This document shows positions 39,187 to 50,683 of a DNA stretch of 64,000 bases, piece after piece. The stretch comes from an uncultured Acidobacteriota bacterium. Its GTDB lineage: Bacteria; Acidobacteriota; Vicinamibacteria; Fen-336. Every line of letters begins with the position of its first letter. Position 1 is the stretch's first letter. The stretch covers positions 1 to 64,000 of the forward strand of contig OY970399.1 of the NCBI GenBank assembly GCA_963720545.1, written 5' to 3'. The notes beneath the pieces were generated by a model. It saw nothing but the letters and a program-made list of their open reading frames with translations. It had not been told where the DNA came from and did not search any database. A program made the translations under genes and the position numbers.

Positions 39187-40334
39187 GCGACGGTCTGGTT
39201 CTCCTTGCTCATTGGCAGTCCCAGCGCCTGCTGGTAGCTGCGGCGAATTCCCGTGACCGAGCGCTCCCAGCTGAAGTGCCGGGCCCTCGCGAATCCGCGC
39301 TCCACGAGCCGTGCGCGCAAGCCCGCGTCCTCGAGCACCGACGCGACGCCGTTCGCGATGCTTTCGATGCTCTCCGGCTCGATCAGCACCGCGGCGTCGC
39401 CCACCACTTCGGGCAGCGACGAGGTGTTGGAGGTGACGACCGGCGTGCCGCACGCCATCGCCTCGAGCGGCGGCAGGCCGAAGCCCTCGTAGAGCGACGG
39501 GAACGCGAACACGTCGGCGAGACGGTAGAGCGCCGCCAATGTCGGGTCGGGGACGAAGCCGAAGAAGCGCACGTCGCGGCGGATGCCCTCCGTCTCCACC
39601 AGGCGGCGCAGCGACACGAAGCCGCCGGCCTCCTCGCCGATGACGATGAGCTTGAGGTCGTCCATGCCCGCGCGCTTTTTGACTAGCGCGAATGCCGACA
39701 CCAGCCGCGCCAGGTTCTTGTGCGGCTTGATGTTGCCGACGAACAGCACGAAGCGGCCGTGGATCTGGTAGCGCTCGCGCACCTGCGCGAGTTCCTCGTC
39801 GCCCGGCGCCACCAGCAGCGACTCGTCGATGGCGTTCGCGATCACCGAGATGCGGCCGGGGTCGGTCTTTGGAAAGAAGTGCAGGATGTCGTTGCGCGAC
39901 GCCTCGGAGACGGTGAGGATGCGCCGCGCCGAACGCGTCGCATGGCCGATCATGTAGCGGGCGTAGGTATGCGCGACCCGGTTCGGCAGGTACTGCGGGA
40001 AGCGCAGGTGGATACAGTCGTGGATCGTCACCACCGACGGCGCCGGGCAGCGCAGCGGCAGGACGTAGTGCGGCGAGTGGAAGAGCTCGGCGCCCAGCTT
40101 GCGCAGGTGGCGCGGGATGGTGAGCTGCTCCTCGATGCTGTAGCCGCGCGCGCTCTCGACGATCGGCACGAAGTTCTCGCCGAGCACCCGGATTTCCGCC
40201 TCCTCGGGCGGCTCGCACAGGATGAAGTAGGTGGTGGCGTTGTCGATGCGCGCGAGATGGCGCACCAGGTTGCGCACGTACGTGCCGATTCCGTAATCGC
40301 GCCATTTGCGCGCGTCGATCGCGATGCGGGCCAC
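39183..40334 (-). CDS. Glycosyltransferase family 4 (MtfB-like)
   Basis: IAIDAR...[34 protein letters not shown]. Confidence 0.92.
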   Translation of the reverse strand: MARIAIDARKWRDYGIGTYVRNLVRHLARIDNATTYFILCEPPEEAEIRVLGENFVPIVESARGYSIEEQLTIPRHLRKLGAELFHSPHYVLPLRCPAPSVVTIHDCIHLRFPQYLPNRVAHTYARYMIGHATRSARRILTVSEASRNDILHFFPKTDPGRISVIANAIDESLLVAPGDEELAQVRERYQIHGRFVLFVGNIKPHKNLARLVSAFALVKKRAGMDDLKLIVIGEEAGGFVSLRRLVETEGIRRDVRFFGFVPDPTLAALYRLADVFAFPSLYEGFGLPPLEAMACGTPVVTSNTSSLPEVVGDAAVLIEPESIESIANGVASVLEDAGLRARLVERGFARARHFSWERSVTGIRRSYQQALGLPMSKENQTVA

Positions 40335-40356
40335 GGGCGATTCTAGATCGTGCCGC

Positions 40357-41244
40357 CTAGGCCCTGGGCAGCGGACCGCCGAGCGCCAGCCGCCGCAGCT
40401 GCGGGGAGCGCTCGCGAAAGCCGCGCAGCAGCAGGTGGACCCGCAGCGCGAGGCTCGCGATGAGGCCGTTGTGCTTGGCGTAATACCGCAGGTGCGCCTG
40501 GTGATAGGCGAGCCGGGCGAACTCCGGCGCGTGTGCCACGCTGCGGCCGCCGTGGTGGGTGACGTGCGCCTCGGGCACGAACGCGAGCCGGAAGCCGGCA
40601 CGCCGCAGCCGCAGGCACAGGTCGGCATCTTCCTCATAAAGGAAGAAGCGCTCGTCGAAGCCGCCGAGCTGACGAACCGCGGCCGTGCGCACCATGAGGC
40701 AGGACCCCGACAGCCAGTCGGGCTCGAACCAGTTCGCGGTCTCCGCCTCGAGCGCCGCGAGCGCCACCGGGTCGCGGCGGCGCAGGTCGCGCATCCGCTG
40801 CCGCTGGCGCCGCTCGGCAAGCGGTGTCAGGTCCGGGCCGAACGAGAGCTGGATCGTGCCGTCGGTCTCGATCGTCTTCGGGCCGACGGCGGCCACGTCG
40901 GGCCGCTTCACGAGCACGTCGATGAGCGCCGAGAAGGCACCGGGCGCCGCTTCCGTGTCGGGGTTGAGGAACAGGACATACGGGACGTCGCCGACTGCCT
41001 CGAGCCCCTGGTTGCACGCGGCAGCAAAGCCGAGGTTCGCGTCGTTGCTCAGCACAACAGCTTCGGGCCACGACTGGCGGGCGAGCTCCACCGTATCGTC
41101 GCCGCTGGCGTTATCGACGATCACGACGCGCAGGCCGATCGACGCTTCGGTTTCGAGCGCGCGCAGGCACGCCTCGATCACCGGCGAGGAGTGGTGGGTG
41201 ACGACCACGACGCCGAGCGTCTTCGTCGGGCTGATTGTCGTCAT
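40357..41244 (-). CDS. Glycosyltransferase family 2 (rhamnosyltransferase-like)
   Basis: VDNASGD, NLGFAAACN, FLNPD, GGFDERFFLYEEDADLC. Confidence 0.92.
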   Translation of the reverse strand: MTTISPTKTLGVVVVTHHSSPVIEACLRALETEASIGLRVVIVDNASGDDTVELARQSWPEAVVLSNDANLGFAAACNQGLEAVGDVPYVLFLNPDTEAAPGAFSALIDVLVKRPDVAAVGPKTIETDGTIQLSFGPDLTPLAERRQRQRMRDLRRRDPVALAALEAETANWFEPDWLSGSCLMVRTAAVRQLGGFDERFFLYEEDADLCLRLRRAGFRLAFVPEAHVTHHGGRSVAHAPEFARLAYHQAHLRYYAKHNGLIASLALRVHLLLRGFRERSPQLRRLALGGPLPRA

Positions 41245-42335
41245 GGCTGCCCCGGCCCGGCGGCGTCGCGCAAGGCGGCAAGCGTCTGCGCCGCGCAGGT
41301 ATCCCATGAGAACGACCGCGCCAGCTCAGGGCCGCGCAGCGCGAGAGACGCGCGCAGCTCGGCGTCGTCGAGCACTCTCGCGAGTGTTTCCGCCAGGCGC
41401 TGCGGCTGCGACGCATCGGCGACGAGCGCGGCCGAGGCGAAGAGGTCGGTGAGCGGGCGATCCTGGGAGACGACCAGCGGAAGGCCTGCCGCCAGCGCCT
41501 CGAGGGCCGGCAGGCCGAAGCCCTCATAGCGCGACAGGTAGATGGCGGCGGTTGCCGTCGCCAGCAGCGACTCGCGGCCCCCGTCGTCGATGAAGCCGTC
41601 GAACCGCACGGCGTCCTCGATGCCGAGCGCGCGCGCCTGCGCTTCGCCGTCCCAGCGCGGGTGGGTGCGGTTGTCGCCGACGACGTGCAGGCGGAAGTCG
41701 CGGCCCTGACGCCGCAACAGCGCGCAGGCGGCGAGGAGCTCCGGCATGCGCCGCCGGTTGAACAAGCTGCCAACGCTGAGGAGCACCGGAGGCCCGGCCT
41801 GCGGCGGGGGCTCGCGGTGCTTTGCCACCGCTTCGGCTGCGGGTGCGATCACGCGCGTCTTCGCCGCCGCTTTGGGAAAGCGGCGCGCGATCTCCTCCTT
41901 CATGAACTGAGACAGCGTCAGCACCAGCGTCGAGGCGCGGATGCTCGCGCCCACGAGAGTTCGGCGGCGCAGCCCCTCGCGCCACGTGAAGTCGTCGGGC
42001 ACCGCGAAGAAAGACAGGTCGTGGACCGCCGTGACGCGCGGCAGCTTCGCAAAGACGGGACAGGAGAAAGCCGGCGAGAAGAACACGTCGAGCCCGGCCG
42101 TGCGCAGCGCCCGGGGAAGCCGCACCTGCTCGAACCAGGTGCCGCGGCGTGCGGGCAGCGAGACGACGCTCGCGCCGCGCGCGTGCCATGGGGCGAGGTC
42201 GGCGGCGGGCGCGTTCGTGAACAGGGTCAGCTGCAGTTCGCGATCGGCGCTCCATCGCGACAAGAGCGCCGCCAGATAGCGGCCAGTGCCCGTGGGCCGC
42301 GGGCCGAGTTCGCGCGCGTCGATGCCGATGCGCAA
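41241..42335 (-). CDS. Glycosyltransferase family 4
   Basis: IGIDAREL...TGTGRY, VHDLSF, SRYEGFGLPALEA. Confidence 0.9.
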   Translation of the reverse strand: MRIGIDARELGPRPTGTGRYLAALLSRWSADRELQLTLFTNAPAADLAPWHARGASVVSLPARRGTWFEQVRLPRALRTAGLDVFFSPAFSCPVFAKLPRVTAVHDLSFFAVPDDFTWREGLRRRTLVGASIRASTLVLTLSQFMKEEIARRFPKAAAKTRVIAPAAEAVAKHREPPPQAGPPVLLSVGSLFNRRRMPELLAACALLRRQGRDFRLHVVGDNRTHPRWDGEAQARALGIEDAVRFDGFIDDGGRESLLATATAAIYLSRYEGFGLPALEALAAGLPLVVSQDRPLTDLFASAALVADASQPQRLAETLARVLDDAELRASLALRGPELARSFSWDTCAAQTLAALRDAAGPGQP

Positions 42336-42351
42336 GGCTATCGGCCCAGCG

Positions 42352-43470
42352 TCAGCGGCCTGCGACCCGCCTGTAAAAGGCGAGGGTCTGCGCGGCGGCG
42401 ATGTCCCAATCGAACGCGCGGCTGCGCGCGAGGCCGGCTTCGCGCATCTGCGCAGCGAGCGTGCGGTCGTTGAGGATGCGCTCGATGCCGCGCGCAATCG
42501 TGGACACATCCAGCGGGTTCACGAGCACCGCGGCGCCGCCCGCCACCTCCTCGAGCGCCGAGCCGGCGGAGCAGACGACCGGCAGCCCCGCGGCCATCGC
42601 CTCGGCCACAGGCAGGCCGAACCCCTCCTCGAACGACGGCAGCACCAGGGCGGCGGACGCGGCCATCAGGGCGCGGATCTCGCGCGTCTCGAGATAGCCG
42701 GTGGCATGGATGCGGGGCGAAGCGATGACGCCACCCGAGGCCCAGTGGCTGCCGGGCCCGACCAGGATGAGCGGCGGCACCTTGGTGCCGCGATGCGCGA
42801 GCCCCATGTACGCGATCGACAGGTTCACGAGGTTCTTGCGCTTCTCTTCGCTGCCGACGTAAAGGAGGGCGCCACGCGGCAGGCTGTGGCGGCGCAGCAC
42901 TCGCTCCACTTCCTCCGGTGTCGCCGGCTCGCGGTAGGCGGGATCGACGCCGTTCGGGATCACCGCGATTTTCTCGGCGGGCACCGACAGCAACAAGCGC
43001 GTCTCGGCCGCGGTGTATTCGGAGGGGCAGATGATGCCGTCCGCGCGGCGCGCGTGCTCGCGCACCAGCGGCGCATAGTCGCGGCGGATCTCGGCGTCGG
43101 TGAGGTCCGGGTGCTTGAAGAAGAACAGGTCGTGGATGGTGATGATGTGCTTCGCGCGGCGCCCGGGAACGATGAGCGGGTGCGGCGAGTGGATGAGGTC
43201 GAGCGAGGCGCCCACCAGCCGGTCGAGGCGCGGCCGGCCGAACCGGTTCCAGGCGTAGTTCAGCGCCTTCACCGGCAGCTGGCGATCCACCACCTTGACG
43301 TTCGGCGGCCAGTTGGTCGAGCCCCGGTAGCGGTCCTTGTAGGACGCCGTGAAATAGAAGAAATGGTCGCTCGGACTCTGCAGCGGCAGGCGCTCGGCAA
43401 GGGCCATGACATAGGCCCCGACCCCCGTCGGCTTCGACAGCGCGGGCCGCAGGTCGAGGGCGATGTTCAT
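42352..43470 (-). CDS. Glycosyltransferase family 4
   Basis: PTGVGAY, ITIHDL, RKNL, PSFEEGFGLPVAEAMA. Confidence 0.9.
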   Translation of the reverse strand: MNIALDLRPALSKPTGVGAYVMALAERLPLQSPSDHFFYFTASYKDRYRGSTNWPPNVKVVDRQLPVKALNYAWNRFGRPRLDRLVGASLDLIHSPHPLIVPGRRAKHIITIHDLFFFKHPDLTDAEIRRDYAPLVREHARRADGIICPSEYTAAETRLLLSVPAEKIAVIPNGVDPAYREPATPEEVERVLRRHSLPRGALLYVGSEEKRKNLVNLSIAYMGLAHRGTKVPPLILVGPGSHWASGGVIASPRIHATGYLETREIRALMAASAALVLPSFEEGFGLPVAEAMAAGLPVVCSAGSALEEVAGGAAVLVNPLDVSTIARGIERILNDRTLAAQMREAGLARSRAFDWDIAAAQTLAFYRRVAGR

Positions 43471-43583
43471 GACGGCGCTGATGTTACCGCACGAGCGAAA
43501 ACCGGCCTGAGCCACGCGCCCGGTTCACGGACGCAGCCGCCGGACGGGTAAAATCGGCGCCTTCCAATCCCTCGGGAGGGTGC

Positions 43584-44885
43584 TTGAGGCTGGCCGTCGT
43601 CGGTAGCGGATATGTCGGACTGGTGGTGGGCGCGTGCTTCGCCGACTACGGCAATGACGTGACCTGCGTCGACGCCGATGCGCGCAAGATCCAGGCGCTG
43701 CGCGGCGGCCAGATCCCGATCTACGAACCCGGCCTGCAGGAGATGGTGCAACGCAACGCCGCGGAGGATCGGCTCCAGTTCACCACCGACCTGGCCGAGG
43801 CGGTCCGCTCCGCCGAGATCATCTTCATCGCGGTGGGTACGCCGCAGGACGAAGACGGCTCCGCCGACCTGCGCCACGTGCTGGCGGTTGCCGACGGCAT
43901 CGGCAAGGCCATGAACGAGCCGAAGATCGTGATCAACAAGAGCACCGTCCCGGTGGGCACGGCGCGGCTCGTGAAGGAACGCATCCAGTCGCTCACCAGG
44001 CACACGGTATCGGTCGTCTCGAACCCGGAGTTCCTGAAGGAAGGCGCCGCCATCGACGACTTCATCCGGCCCGACCGGGTGGTGATCGGCACCGACGAGC
44101 CGAAGACGGAAGCGGTGCTGCGGCGGCTGTACGGCCCGTTCGTGCGCACCGGCCACCCGATCCTGGTCATGGATCCGCTCTCGGCCGAGCTCACCAAGTA
44201 CGCGGCGAACGCGATGCTCGCGACGCGCATTTCCTTCATGAACGACATCGCGGCGCTCTGCGACAAGGTCGGCGCCGACGTCGCGGCGGTGCGCAACGGC
44301 ATGGGCTCCGACTCGCGCATCGGGCCGTCGTTCCTGTTCCCGGGGGTCGGCTACGGCGGCTCGTGCTTCCCCAAGGACGTGAAGGCGCTCGTCAGCATGG
44401 GCCGCCACGCCGGCACCATGATGAACGTGGCGGAGGCGGTGGAAAAGACCAACGAGCGGCAGAAGCACGCGCTGGTGCCGCGGGTGGCAGCGCATTTCGG
44501 CGGCAGCCTGAAGGGGCGCCAGATTGCCGTGTGGGGCCTGGCGTTCAAGCCGAAGACGGACGACATGCGTGAGGCGCCCTCGCTGGTCACGATCGACGGC
44601 CTGCTGGCGCAGGGCGCGCAGGTCGCGGCGTACGACCCGAAGGCAATGGCCGCGGCGAAGACCCTGCTGGGCGAAAAGATTCGCCTCGTCGCGCGTGGCT
44701 TCGACGCGCTGCGGGGCGCCGACGCGCTGCTGGTGCTCACCGAGTGGCCGGAATTTCGCGAGCCCGATTTCGGGCGGATGAAGGAGTTGATGAAGACCCC
44801 TGTGATCTTCGACGGCCGCAACCTCTATAACCCCGCGGAGCTGCGCGGCCTTGGCTTCCACTACGAAGGGATGGGCCGGCGATGA
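43584..44885 (+). CDS. ugd: UDP-glucose 6-dehydrogenase
   Basis: GSGYVGL, PIYEPGL, KSTVPVGT, SNPEFLKEG, GYGGSCFPKD, GLAFKPKTDD. Confidence 0.95.
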   Translation: MRLAVVGSGYVGLVVGACFADYGNDVTCVDADARKIQALRGGQIPIYEPGLQEMVQRNAAEDRLQFTTDLAEAVRSAEIIFIAVGTPQDEDGSADLRHVLAVADGIGKAMNEPKIVINKSTVPVGTARLVKERIQSLTRHTVSVVSNPEFLKEGAAIDDFIRPDRVVIGTDEPKTEAVLRRLYGPFVRTGHPILVMDPLSAELTKYAANAMLATRISFMNDIAALCDKVGADVAAVRNGMGSDSRIGPSFLFPGVGYGGSCFPKDVKALVSMGRHAGTMMNVAEAVEKTNERQKHALVPRVAAHFGGSLKGRQIAVWGLAFKPKTDDMREAPSLVTIDGLLAQGAQVAAYDPKAMAAAKTLLGEKIRLVARGFDALRGADALLVLTEWPEFREPDFGRMKELMKTPVIFDGRNLYNPAELRGLGFHYEGMGRR

Positions 44886-45874
44886 GGGTGCTCGTCACCG
44901 GCGGTGCCGGCTATATCGGCAGCCACACCGTGCGCGAGCTGCTGGACGACGGCCACGAGGTCACGATCCTCGACGACCTCTCTGCCGGGCACCGCTACAG
45001 CGTGCCGGCGGCGGCGCGCCTCGTCGAGGGCGATATCGCCAACCGCAGGGTGGTGGACGAGGCGATGGACGGCGCCGCCGTGGTCTTCCATTTCGCCGGC
45101 CTCCTGAGCGTGGGCGAGTCGGTGCGCGAACCCGGCAAGTACTACCGCGCCAACGTCGCGAGCGCCCTGACGCTGCTCGAGAGCATGCGCGAGAAGGGCA
45201 CGAGCAAGTTCGTGTTCAGTTCGAGCTGCGCCACCTACGGCATGCCGGTCACCGTGCCGATGGACGAGAGCCATCCGCAGGATCCGATCAATCCCTACGG
45301 CGCCAGCAAGCTGGTCTTCGAGCGGGTCCTTCAGGACTACGCACGCGCCGGCAAGCTGCGCGCGGTCGCCTTGCGCTACTTCAACGCCGCGGGCTGCCAC
45401 CCGGACGGCACGCTCGGCGAGGACCATGCCCCCGAGGAGCACCTCATACCGCTCGCGATCGACGCGGCACTTGGGCGGCGGCCGCCGCTCACCGTGTTCG
45501 GCGAGGACTACGACACGCCCGACGGCACCTGCATCCGCGACTACATCCACGTGAGCGACCTGGCGCGCGCGCACGTCCTGGCCCTCGGCGTGCTCGACAA
45601 GGGCGAGCCCTTCGAGGCTTTCAACCTCGGCACCGAAACCGGCACCTCGGTGCGCGAGGTCATCGACTCGGTCGCCCGCGTCTCGGGCCGCACCGTGCCC
45701 TTTGGCGTCGGTCCGCGCCGGCCGGGCGACCCGCCGCGGCTGGTGGCCGCGGCCACCCGGTCGCGCTCGCGCCTGGGCTTCGCGCCGCGCTTCGACACCA
45801 TCGACGCGATCGTGGAAACCGCCTGGAAGTGGCGCGAGGGCCACCCGGGCGGCTACCATGCCGACAGGAGATGA
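44882..45874 (+). CDS. galE: UDP-glucose 4-epimerase
   Basis: GGAGYIGSH, FSSSCATYG, NPYGASK, LRYFNAAG, DGTCIRDYIHVSDLA. Confidence 0.93.
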   Translation: MRVLVTGGAGYIGSHTVRELLDDGHEVTILDDLSAGHRYSVPAAARLVEGDIANRRVVDEAMDGAAVVFHFAGLLSVGESVREPGKYYRANVASALTLLESMREKGTSKFVFSSSCATYGMPVTVPMDESHPQDPINPYGASKLVFERVLQDYARAGKLRAVALRYFNAAGCHPDGTLGEDHAPEEHLIPLAIDAALGRRPPLTVFGEDYDTPDGTCIRDYIHVSDLARAHVLALGVLDKGEPFEAFNLGTETGTSVREVIDSVARVSGRTVPFGVGPRRPGDPPRLVAAATRSRSRLGFAPRFDTIDAIVETAWKWREGHPGGYHADRR

Positions 45875-47720
45875 GGAAATAGCGGCCACGGTACGGGCTC
45901 CGCGCACCGGACCGGAAGCCCCCCGGCAACAGCGCCCGAAGCTGCGGCGCGTCGGATCGGTGTGGAGCGAGCTGCAGCACGGGTCCGCCGACCTGCGGCG
46001 CCTGTTCGCATACACCCGCCCCTACCGCTCGCGCCTCTACCTTTCCTGGATCGCGACCATCGGCTTCGCGGCCTCGTCGGCGCTGCTCGTCTCGCGCATC
46101 AAGCCGATCTTCGACGAAGTCCTGATCCAGAGGGTCAACGTCGAGTGGATCGCGGCCAGCGTTCTGGGCCTCTACCTCGTGAAAGGGATCTGCTCGTACT
46201 TTTCGACGACGCTCGTGGCCTCGGCCGGCCAGCGCGCGGTGGCCGACCTGCGCAACGCGCTCTACGAGCACGTCCTCAACCAGTCGTTCACGGTGCTGGC
46301 GCGAACCACCACCGGTTCGCTGATGAGCCATGTCACCCAGGACGTGGAGCGCATCCAGAGCGCCGTCTCGGAGATGGCGGGCGACCTGCTCAAGGAAGGC
46401 CTGACGATCGTCGGCCTGCTGATCGTGCTCTTCTGGATGGACTGGCGGCTGGCGCTCTTCTCGCTCATCGGCATGCCGCTCGCCTACCACCCGCTGGTGC
46501 AGCTCGGGCGCAAGCTGCGTTCTTCCAGCGAGACCTCGCTGCGGCGCTGGCGCGACATCTCGGAGATCCTGCAGGAGACGATCTCCGGTTTTCGCGTCGT
46601 CAAGGCGTTCGGCATGGAAGGCTTCGAGATCGACCGCTTCCGCCGCGCCAGCGTGCGGCTGCTGAACGTCAACATGCGCATCACCCGCGCTTCCGCCATC
46701 CTGCCGCCGGTGATGGAGTTCGTCGGCGGCCTGGCGCTCGTGAGCGCCCTCTTCTACGGCAGCACCGCCATCCAGCAGGGCCGGCTCACCACCGGCGCCT
46801 TCACCGCGTTCCTCGCGGCGCTCTTCAACCTGTACACCCCGATCAAGCGGCTGTCGCGCGTGAACGCCACCCTGCAGGCGGCGCTCGCGGCCGGCTCGCG
46901 CATCTTCGAGGTGCTCGACACCCACCAGGAGATTCGCGAGGTGGCGGAGCCCGTGCAGCTGCCGCGCCTGCGCGAGCAGATCGAGTACTGCAGCGTCGGC
47001 TTCTCCTACGCCGACGGCGGCGGCGCGGTGCTCCGCCGCATCAGCTTCGCCGCGCGGCACGGCGAGGTGGTGGCGATCGTCGGCACCAGCGGCGCCGGCA
47101 AGACGACGCTCGTGAACCTGCTGCCGCGCTTCTACGACGTCACCGAGGGCGCCGTGAAGGTGGACGGGGTGGACATCCGCAGCGCCTCGCTGCGCAGCCT
47201 GCGCGACCAGATCGGCCTGGTGACGCAGGAGACGATCCTGTTCAACGACACGGTGCGCGCCAACATCGCCTACGGCCTGCGCGACATCGACGAGGCGCAG
47301 GTGGAAACCGCGGCGCGCGCGGCCTTCGCCCACGACTTCATCCTCGACCTGCCGCGCCGCTACGACACCGCCATCGGCGAGCGCGGCAGCCGCCTGTCGC
47401 TGGGCCAGCGCCAGCGCATCGCGATCGCCCGCGCCATCCTCAAGAACCCGCCGATCCTGATCCTCGACGAGGCCACCTCGGCGCTCGACTCGGAATCGGA
47501 GCGCTGGGTGCAGGAGGCGCTCTCGAACCTCATCAAGGGCCGCACCACGCTCGTGATCGCGCACCGCCTCGCGACCGTGCGCAACGCCGACCGCATCCTG
47601 GTGCTGGACGGCGGCGAGATCCGCGAGACCGGCACCCACGAGGAGCTGCTGCGCAAGCCCCACGGCATCTACAGCCGCCTCTATGAACTGCAGTTCGCAC
47701 CCGAGGACCCGGCGCTTTGA
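45858..47720 (+). CDS. ABC exporter ATP-binding/permease, MsbA-like (start uncertain)
   Basis: TM domain, Walker A GTSGAGKT, LSLGQRQR signature, ILILDEATSALD, IAHRL. Confidence 0.9.
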   Translation: MPTGDEEIAATVRAPRTGPEAPRQQRPKLRRVGSVWSELQHGSADLRRLFAYTRPYRSRLYLSWIATIGFAASSALLVSRIKPIFDEVLIQRVNVEWIAASVLGLYLVKGICSYFSTTLVASAGQRAVADLRNALYEHVLNQSFTVLARTTTGSLMSHVTQDVERIQSAVSEMAGDLLKEGLTIVGLLIVLFWMDWRLALFSLIGMPLAYHPLVQLGRKLRSSSETSLRRWRDISEILQETISGFRVVKAFGMEGFEIDRFRRASVRLLNVNMRITRASAILPPVMEFVGGLALVSALFYGSTAIQQGRLTTGAFTAFLAALFNLYTPIKRLSRVNATLQAALAAGSRIFEVLDTHQEIREVAEPVQLPRLREQIEYCSVGFSYADGGGAVLRRISFAARHGEVVAIVGTSGAGKTTLVNLLPRFYDVTEGAVKVDGVDIRSASLRSLRDQIGLVTQETILFNDTVRANIAYGLRDIDEAQVETAARAAFAHDFILDLPRRYDTAIGERGSRLSLGQRQRIAIARAILKNPPILILDEATSALDSESERWVQEALSNLIKGRTTLVIAHRLATVRNADRILVLDGGEIRETGTHEELLRKPHGIYSRLYELQFAPEDPAL

Positions 47721-48595
47721 CCGCGTCCATGACCGGCTTCGGCCACGCGACCGTCGAGCACGAGGGCGTGCGCGCCGAGGCCACCGTGCGCAGCCTCAAC
47801 CACCGCTTCCTCGAGGTGAGCTTTCGCGGCACGCGCAACCTCGCGTCGGTCGAACAGGAGGTGCGCGCCGCGGTGCAGAAGCGCCTGCAGCGCGGCCGCG
47901 TCGAGGTGAGCGTGTCGTGGGAGCGGCGCGGCGGCGGCGAACAGGACGTGCACATCGCGAACGGCATCGTCGCCGGCCTCGCGGCGCGCAGCGCCGAGAT
48001 CCGCAACCAGTACGGCATCGCCGGCGAGCTGACGATCGGCGACGTGCTGCGCTTTCCGGGTGCCGTCGAGGCGGGAGCGGAGGGCCAGTTGGATGACGCC
48101 ACGCGCGAAGCGGCGCTCGCCCTCATCACCGCGGCGCTCGACCAGGCCGCGGTGATGCGGCGGGACGAGGGCCGCCGTATCGAGGCGGTGCTGCGCACCC
48201 TCATCGCGAACATCGAGACCGCGGCGGCGCAGATCGCAACCCTCGACGGCACCGGCCGCGAGGAGCGGCGTGCGCTGCTGCGCACGCGCGTACAGGAAGT
48301 GCTCGACGCGAGCCAGCTGCAGGACGGCCGCGCGTACGCGGAGGTGGCGAAGCTGGTGGAGAAAGCCGACATCAGCGAGGAGCTGGCGCGGCTCTCGGCG
48401 CACGCGGCGGCCGCGCGCGAGGCGCTCGGCGGCAACGAGGCGTGCGGCAAGCGGCTCGACTTCCTGGCGCAGGAACTGGGCCGCGAGGCGAACACTGTGG
48501 CGAGCAAGGCCGCGAGCCTGCTGGTGGTGCACGCGGCGGTCGCCCTCAAGACGGAGATCGAAAGGTTCAGGGAACAGGTGCAGAACGTTGAGTGA
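47717..48595 (+). CDS. yicC: YicC/YloC family endoribonuclease
   Basis: SMTGFG, RSLNHRFLE, KADISEELARL, GKRLDFLAQE..RE.NT..SK, EQVQNVE. Confidence 0.92.
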   Translation: MTASMTGFGHATVEHEGVRAEATVRSLNHRFLEVSFRGTRNLASVEQEVRAAVQKRLQRGRVEVSVSWERRGGGEQDVHIANGIVAGLAARSAEIRNQYGIAGELTIGDVLRFPGAVEAGAEGQLDDATREAALALITAALDQAAVMRRDEGRRIEAVLRTLIANIETAAAQIATLDGTGREERRALLRTRVQEVLDASQLQDGRAYAEVAKLVEKADISEELARLSAHAAAAREALGGNEACGKRLDFLAQELGREANTVASKAASLLVVHAAVALKTEIERFREQVQNVE

Positions 48596-49220
48596 GTTCA
48601 CGCCCCAGGTGTTCGTCATGTCGGCGCCGTCGGGAGCGGGGAAGTCGACGATCCTCGGCGGCCTGCTGGCCTCGGTGCGCGACCTGCGTTTCTCGGTGTC
48701 GCACACCACCCGCCGCCCGCGGCAGGGGGAACAGGCCGGCATCAACTACCACTTCATCGACGAGACCGAGTTCCAGAGCCGCGTCGCGGCCAATCGCTTC
48801 CTCGAGTGGGCGCGGGTGCACGAGGCGTTCTACGGCACGAGCCTCGAGGAACTCGAGGCGGCGCGGCTGGCCGGCGCCGACATCCTGCTGGACGTCGACG
48901 TGCAGGGCGCGGCCCAGGTGCGTGCCCGCATTCCCGACATCACCTCCGTCTTCATCCTGCCGCCGTCCTACGCCGTGCTCGAGGCGCGGCTGCGGCGCCG
49001 CGGCGACGACAGCGAAGAGACGATCGCGAAGCGCCTGGAGCGGGCGGCCGAAGAGGTGCGCCACTACGGGGAGTACGACTACGTGCTGGTGAACGACGAC
49101 CTCGACTGGTGCGTTTCCGCCTTCCGCGCCGTCATCGAGGCATCCCGCCACCGGACGGCAAGACAGGACGAGCTCGCAAGGAGTATCATTGACAGCTTCG
49201 AGAAAAGGCAGGGGTCATGA
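48588..49220 (+). CDS. gmk: Guanylate kinase
   Basis: [27 protein letters not shown]...YGT, DVDVQGA. Confidence 0.95.
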   Translation: MSEFTPQVFVMSAPSGAGKSTILGGLLASVRDLRFSVSHTTRRPRQGEQAGINYHFIDETEFQSRVAANRFLEWARVHEAFYGTSLEELEAARLAGADILLDVDVQGAAQVRARIPDITSVFILPPSYAVLEARLRRRGDDSEETIAKRLERAAEEVRHYGEYDYVLVNDDLDWCVSAFRAVIEASRHRTARQDELARSIIDSFEKRQGS

Positions 49221-49441
49221 GCGAATTGTCGTATCTTGTTCTTCCCAAAGAAGTTGAAAGCAAGTTCCGTTTCATCACGGTGGCCGCACAGCGCGCCAAG
49301 CAGGTTCAGGCCGGCGCCAAGCCGCGGGTAGACGCCCGCAGCCGCAAGCCCACGCGCATCGCCATGCAGGAAGTGCTGGCCAACGCCGTTTCGTGGGAGA
49401 TGGTCGAAGCTCCCCAGACGGTACCGATCGTCCCGGAGTAA
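49217..49441 (+). CDS. rpoZ: RNA polymerase omega subunit
   Basis: [15 protein letters not shown]...KPTRIAMQE; gmk-rpoZ-coaBC synteny. Confidence 0.92.
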   Translation: MSELSYLVLPKEVESKFRFITVAAQRAKQVQAGAKPRVDARSRKPTRIAMQEVLANAVSWEMVEAPQTVPIVPE

Positions 49442-49447
49442 CACCCC

Positions 49448-50683
49448 GTGGCTCGCGTCGTCCTCGGCGTCAGCGGAGGGATCGGCGCTTACCGGGCGGC
49501 CGAGGTGCTGCGCGAACTGCAGCGCCGCGGCCATGACGTTCGCGTGGTGATGACCGCGAACGCCGCACGCTTCGTTTCCCCCATGACCTTCGAGGCGCTG
49601 TCGCGCCAGCCAGTGTTCCTCGACGCTTTCGCGCTCGGCGCCGATGCCTCGATGCGCCACATCTCGTTCGCCGACGAAGCCGACGTCCTGCTGGTGGCAC
49701 CCGCCACCGCCAACATCCTCGGCAAGTTCGCCAACGGCATCGCCGACGATGCGCTGACCACGCTGTACCTCGCGACCAAGGCGCCGGTGGTGGTGGCACC
49801 CGCCATGAACGTCAACATGTTCGAGCACCCGGCGGTGATCGCGAACCTCGCCACGCTGCGCGCACGCGGCGTGGCGGTGGTGGAGCCCGGCGAGGGCTAT
49901 CTCGCGTGCGGCTGGCTCGGCAAGGGCCGGCTCGCCGACGTGAAGGAGATCGCAAACGGCGCGGAGGCGGCGCTCGGCGGCGCCATCGCGCAACCGCCAC
50001 GGGACCTCGACGGCGTGTCGGTGCTCGTGACCGCCGGACCGACCGTCGAAGACCTCGACCCGGTGCGCTTCCTCTCGAACCGCTCCTCGGGTCGCATGGG
50101 GTACGCCGTGGCCGAAGCCGCGCGCGACCGCGGCGCCCGCGTGGCGCTCGTCAGCGGGCCCACGAGCCTCGAGGTGCCGGGCGGCATCGAGTTCACTGCC
50201 GTGCGTTCCGCGGTGGAGATGGAGGCGGCGGTGCGAGCGCTCGCAGACCGCGCCGACGTGGTGGTGATGGCGGCTGCCGTCTCCGACTACAGGCCCGAGA
50301 CCGTTGCGAAGGAGAAGCTGAAGAAGGGCCAAGGTGACGCCGACGCCGACGCGGCGCTGCGGCTGGTGCGCAACCCCGACATCCTCGCCGGCCTCGGCGC
50401 CGCCAAGGCCGGGCGCTTCCTCGTCGGCTTCGCGGCCGAGACGAACAACGTACTCGAGCATGCCGCCGACAAGCTGCGGCGCAAGGGGCTCGACCTGATC
50501 GTTGCCAACGACGTCTCGGCGGGCGACCGGGGCTTTGCCGCGCCCGACAATGCCGCGGTGCTCCTCGATGCTTCCGGCGGACGCCTGAGCGTGCCCCTCG
50601 TCTCGAAGCGCGAGCTGGCGGAGCGGATCTGGGACAAGGTGGTGGCGCTGCGCGCCGTGCGCACGCCGCAGGGAGCGTCGTGA
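49448..50683 (+). CDS. coaBC: Phosphopantothenoylcysteine decarboxylase/ligase
   Basis: [52 protein letters not shown]. Confidence 0.95.
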   Translation: MARVVLGVSGGIGAYRAAEVLRELQRRGHDVRVVMTANAARFVSPMTFEALSRQPVFLDAFALGADASMRHISFADEADVLLVAPATANILGKFANGIADDALTTLYLATKAPVVVAPAMNVNMFEHPAVIANLATLRARGVAVVEPGEGYLACGWLGKGRLADVKEIANGAEAALGGAIAQPPRDLDGVSVLVTAGPTVEDLDPVRFLSNRSSGRMGYAVAEAARDRGARVALVSGPTSLEVPGGIEFTAVRSAVEMEAAVRALADRADVVVMAAAVSDYRPETVAKEKLKKGQGDADADAALRLVRNPDILAGLGAAKAGRFLVGFAAETNNVLEHAADKLRRKGLDLIVANDVSAGDRGFAAPDNAAVLLDASGGRLSVPLVSKRELAERIWDKVVALRAVRTPQGAS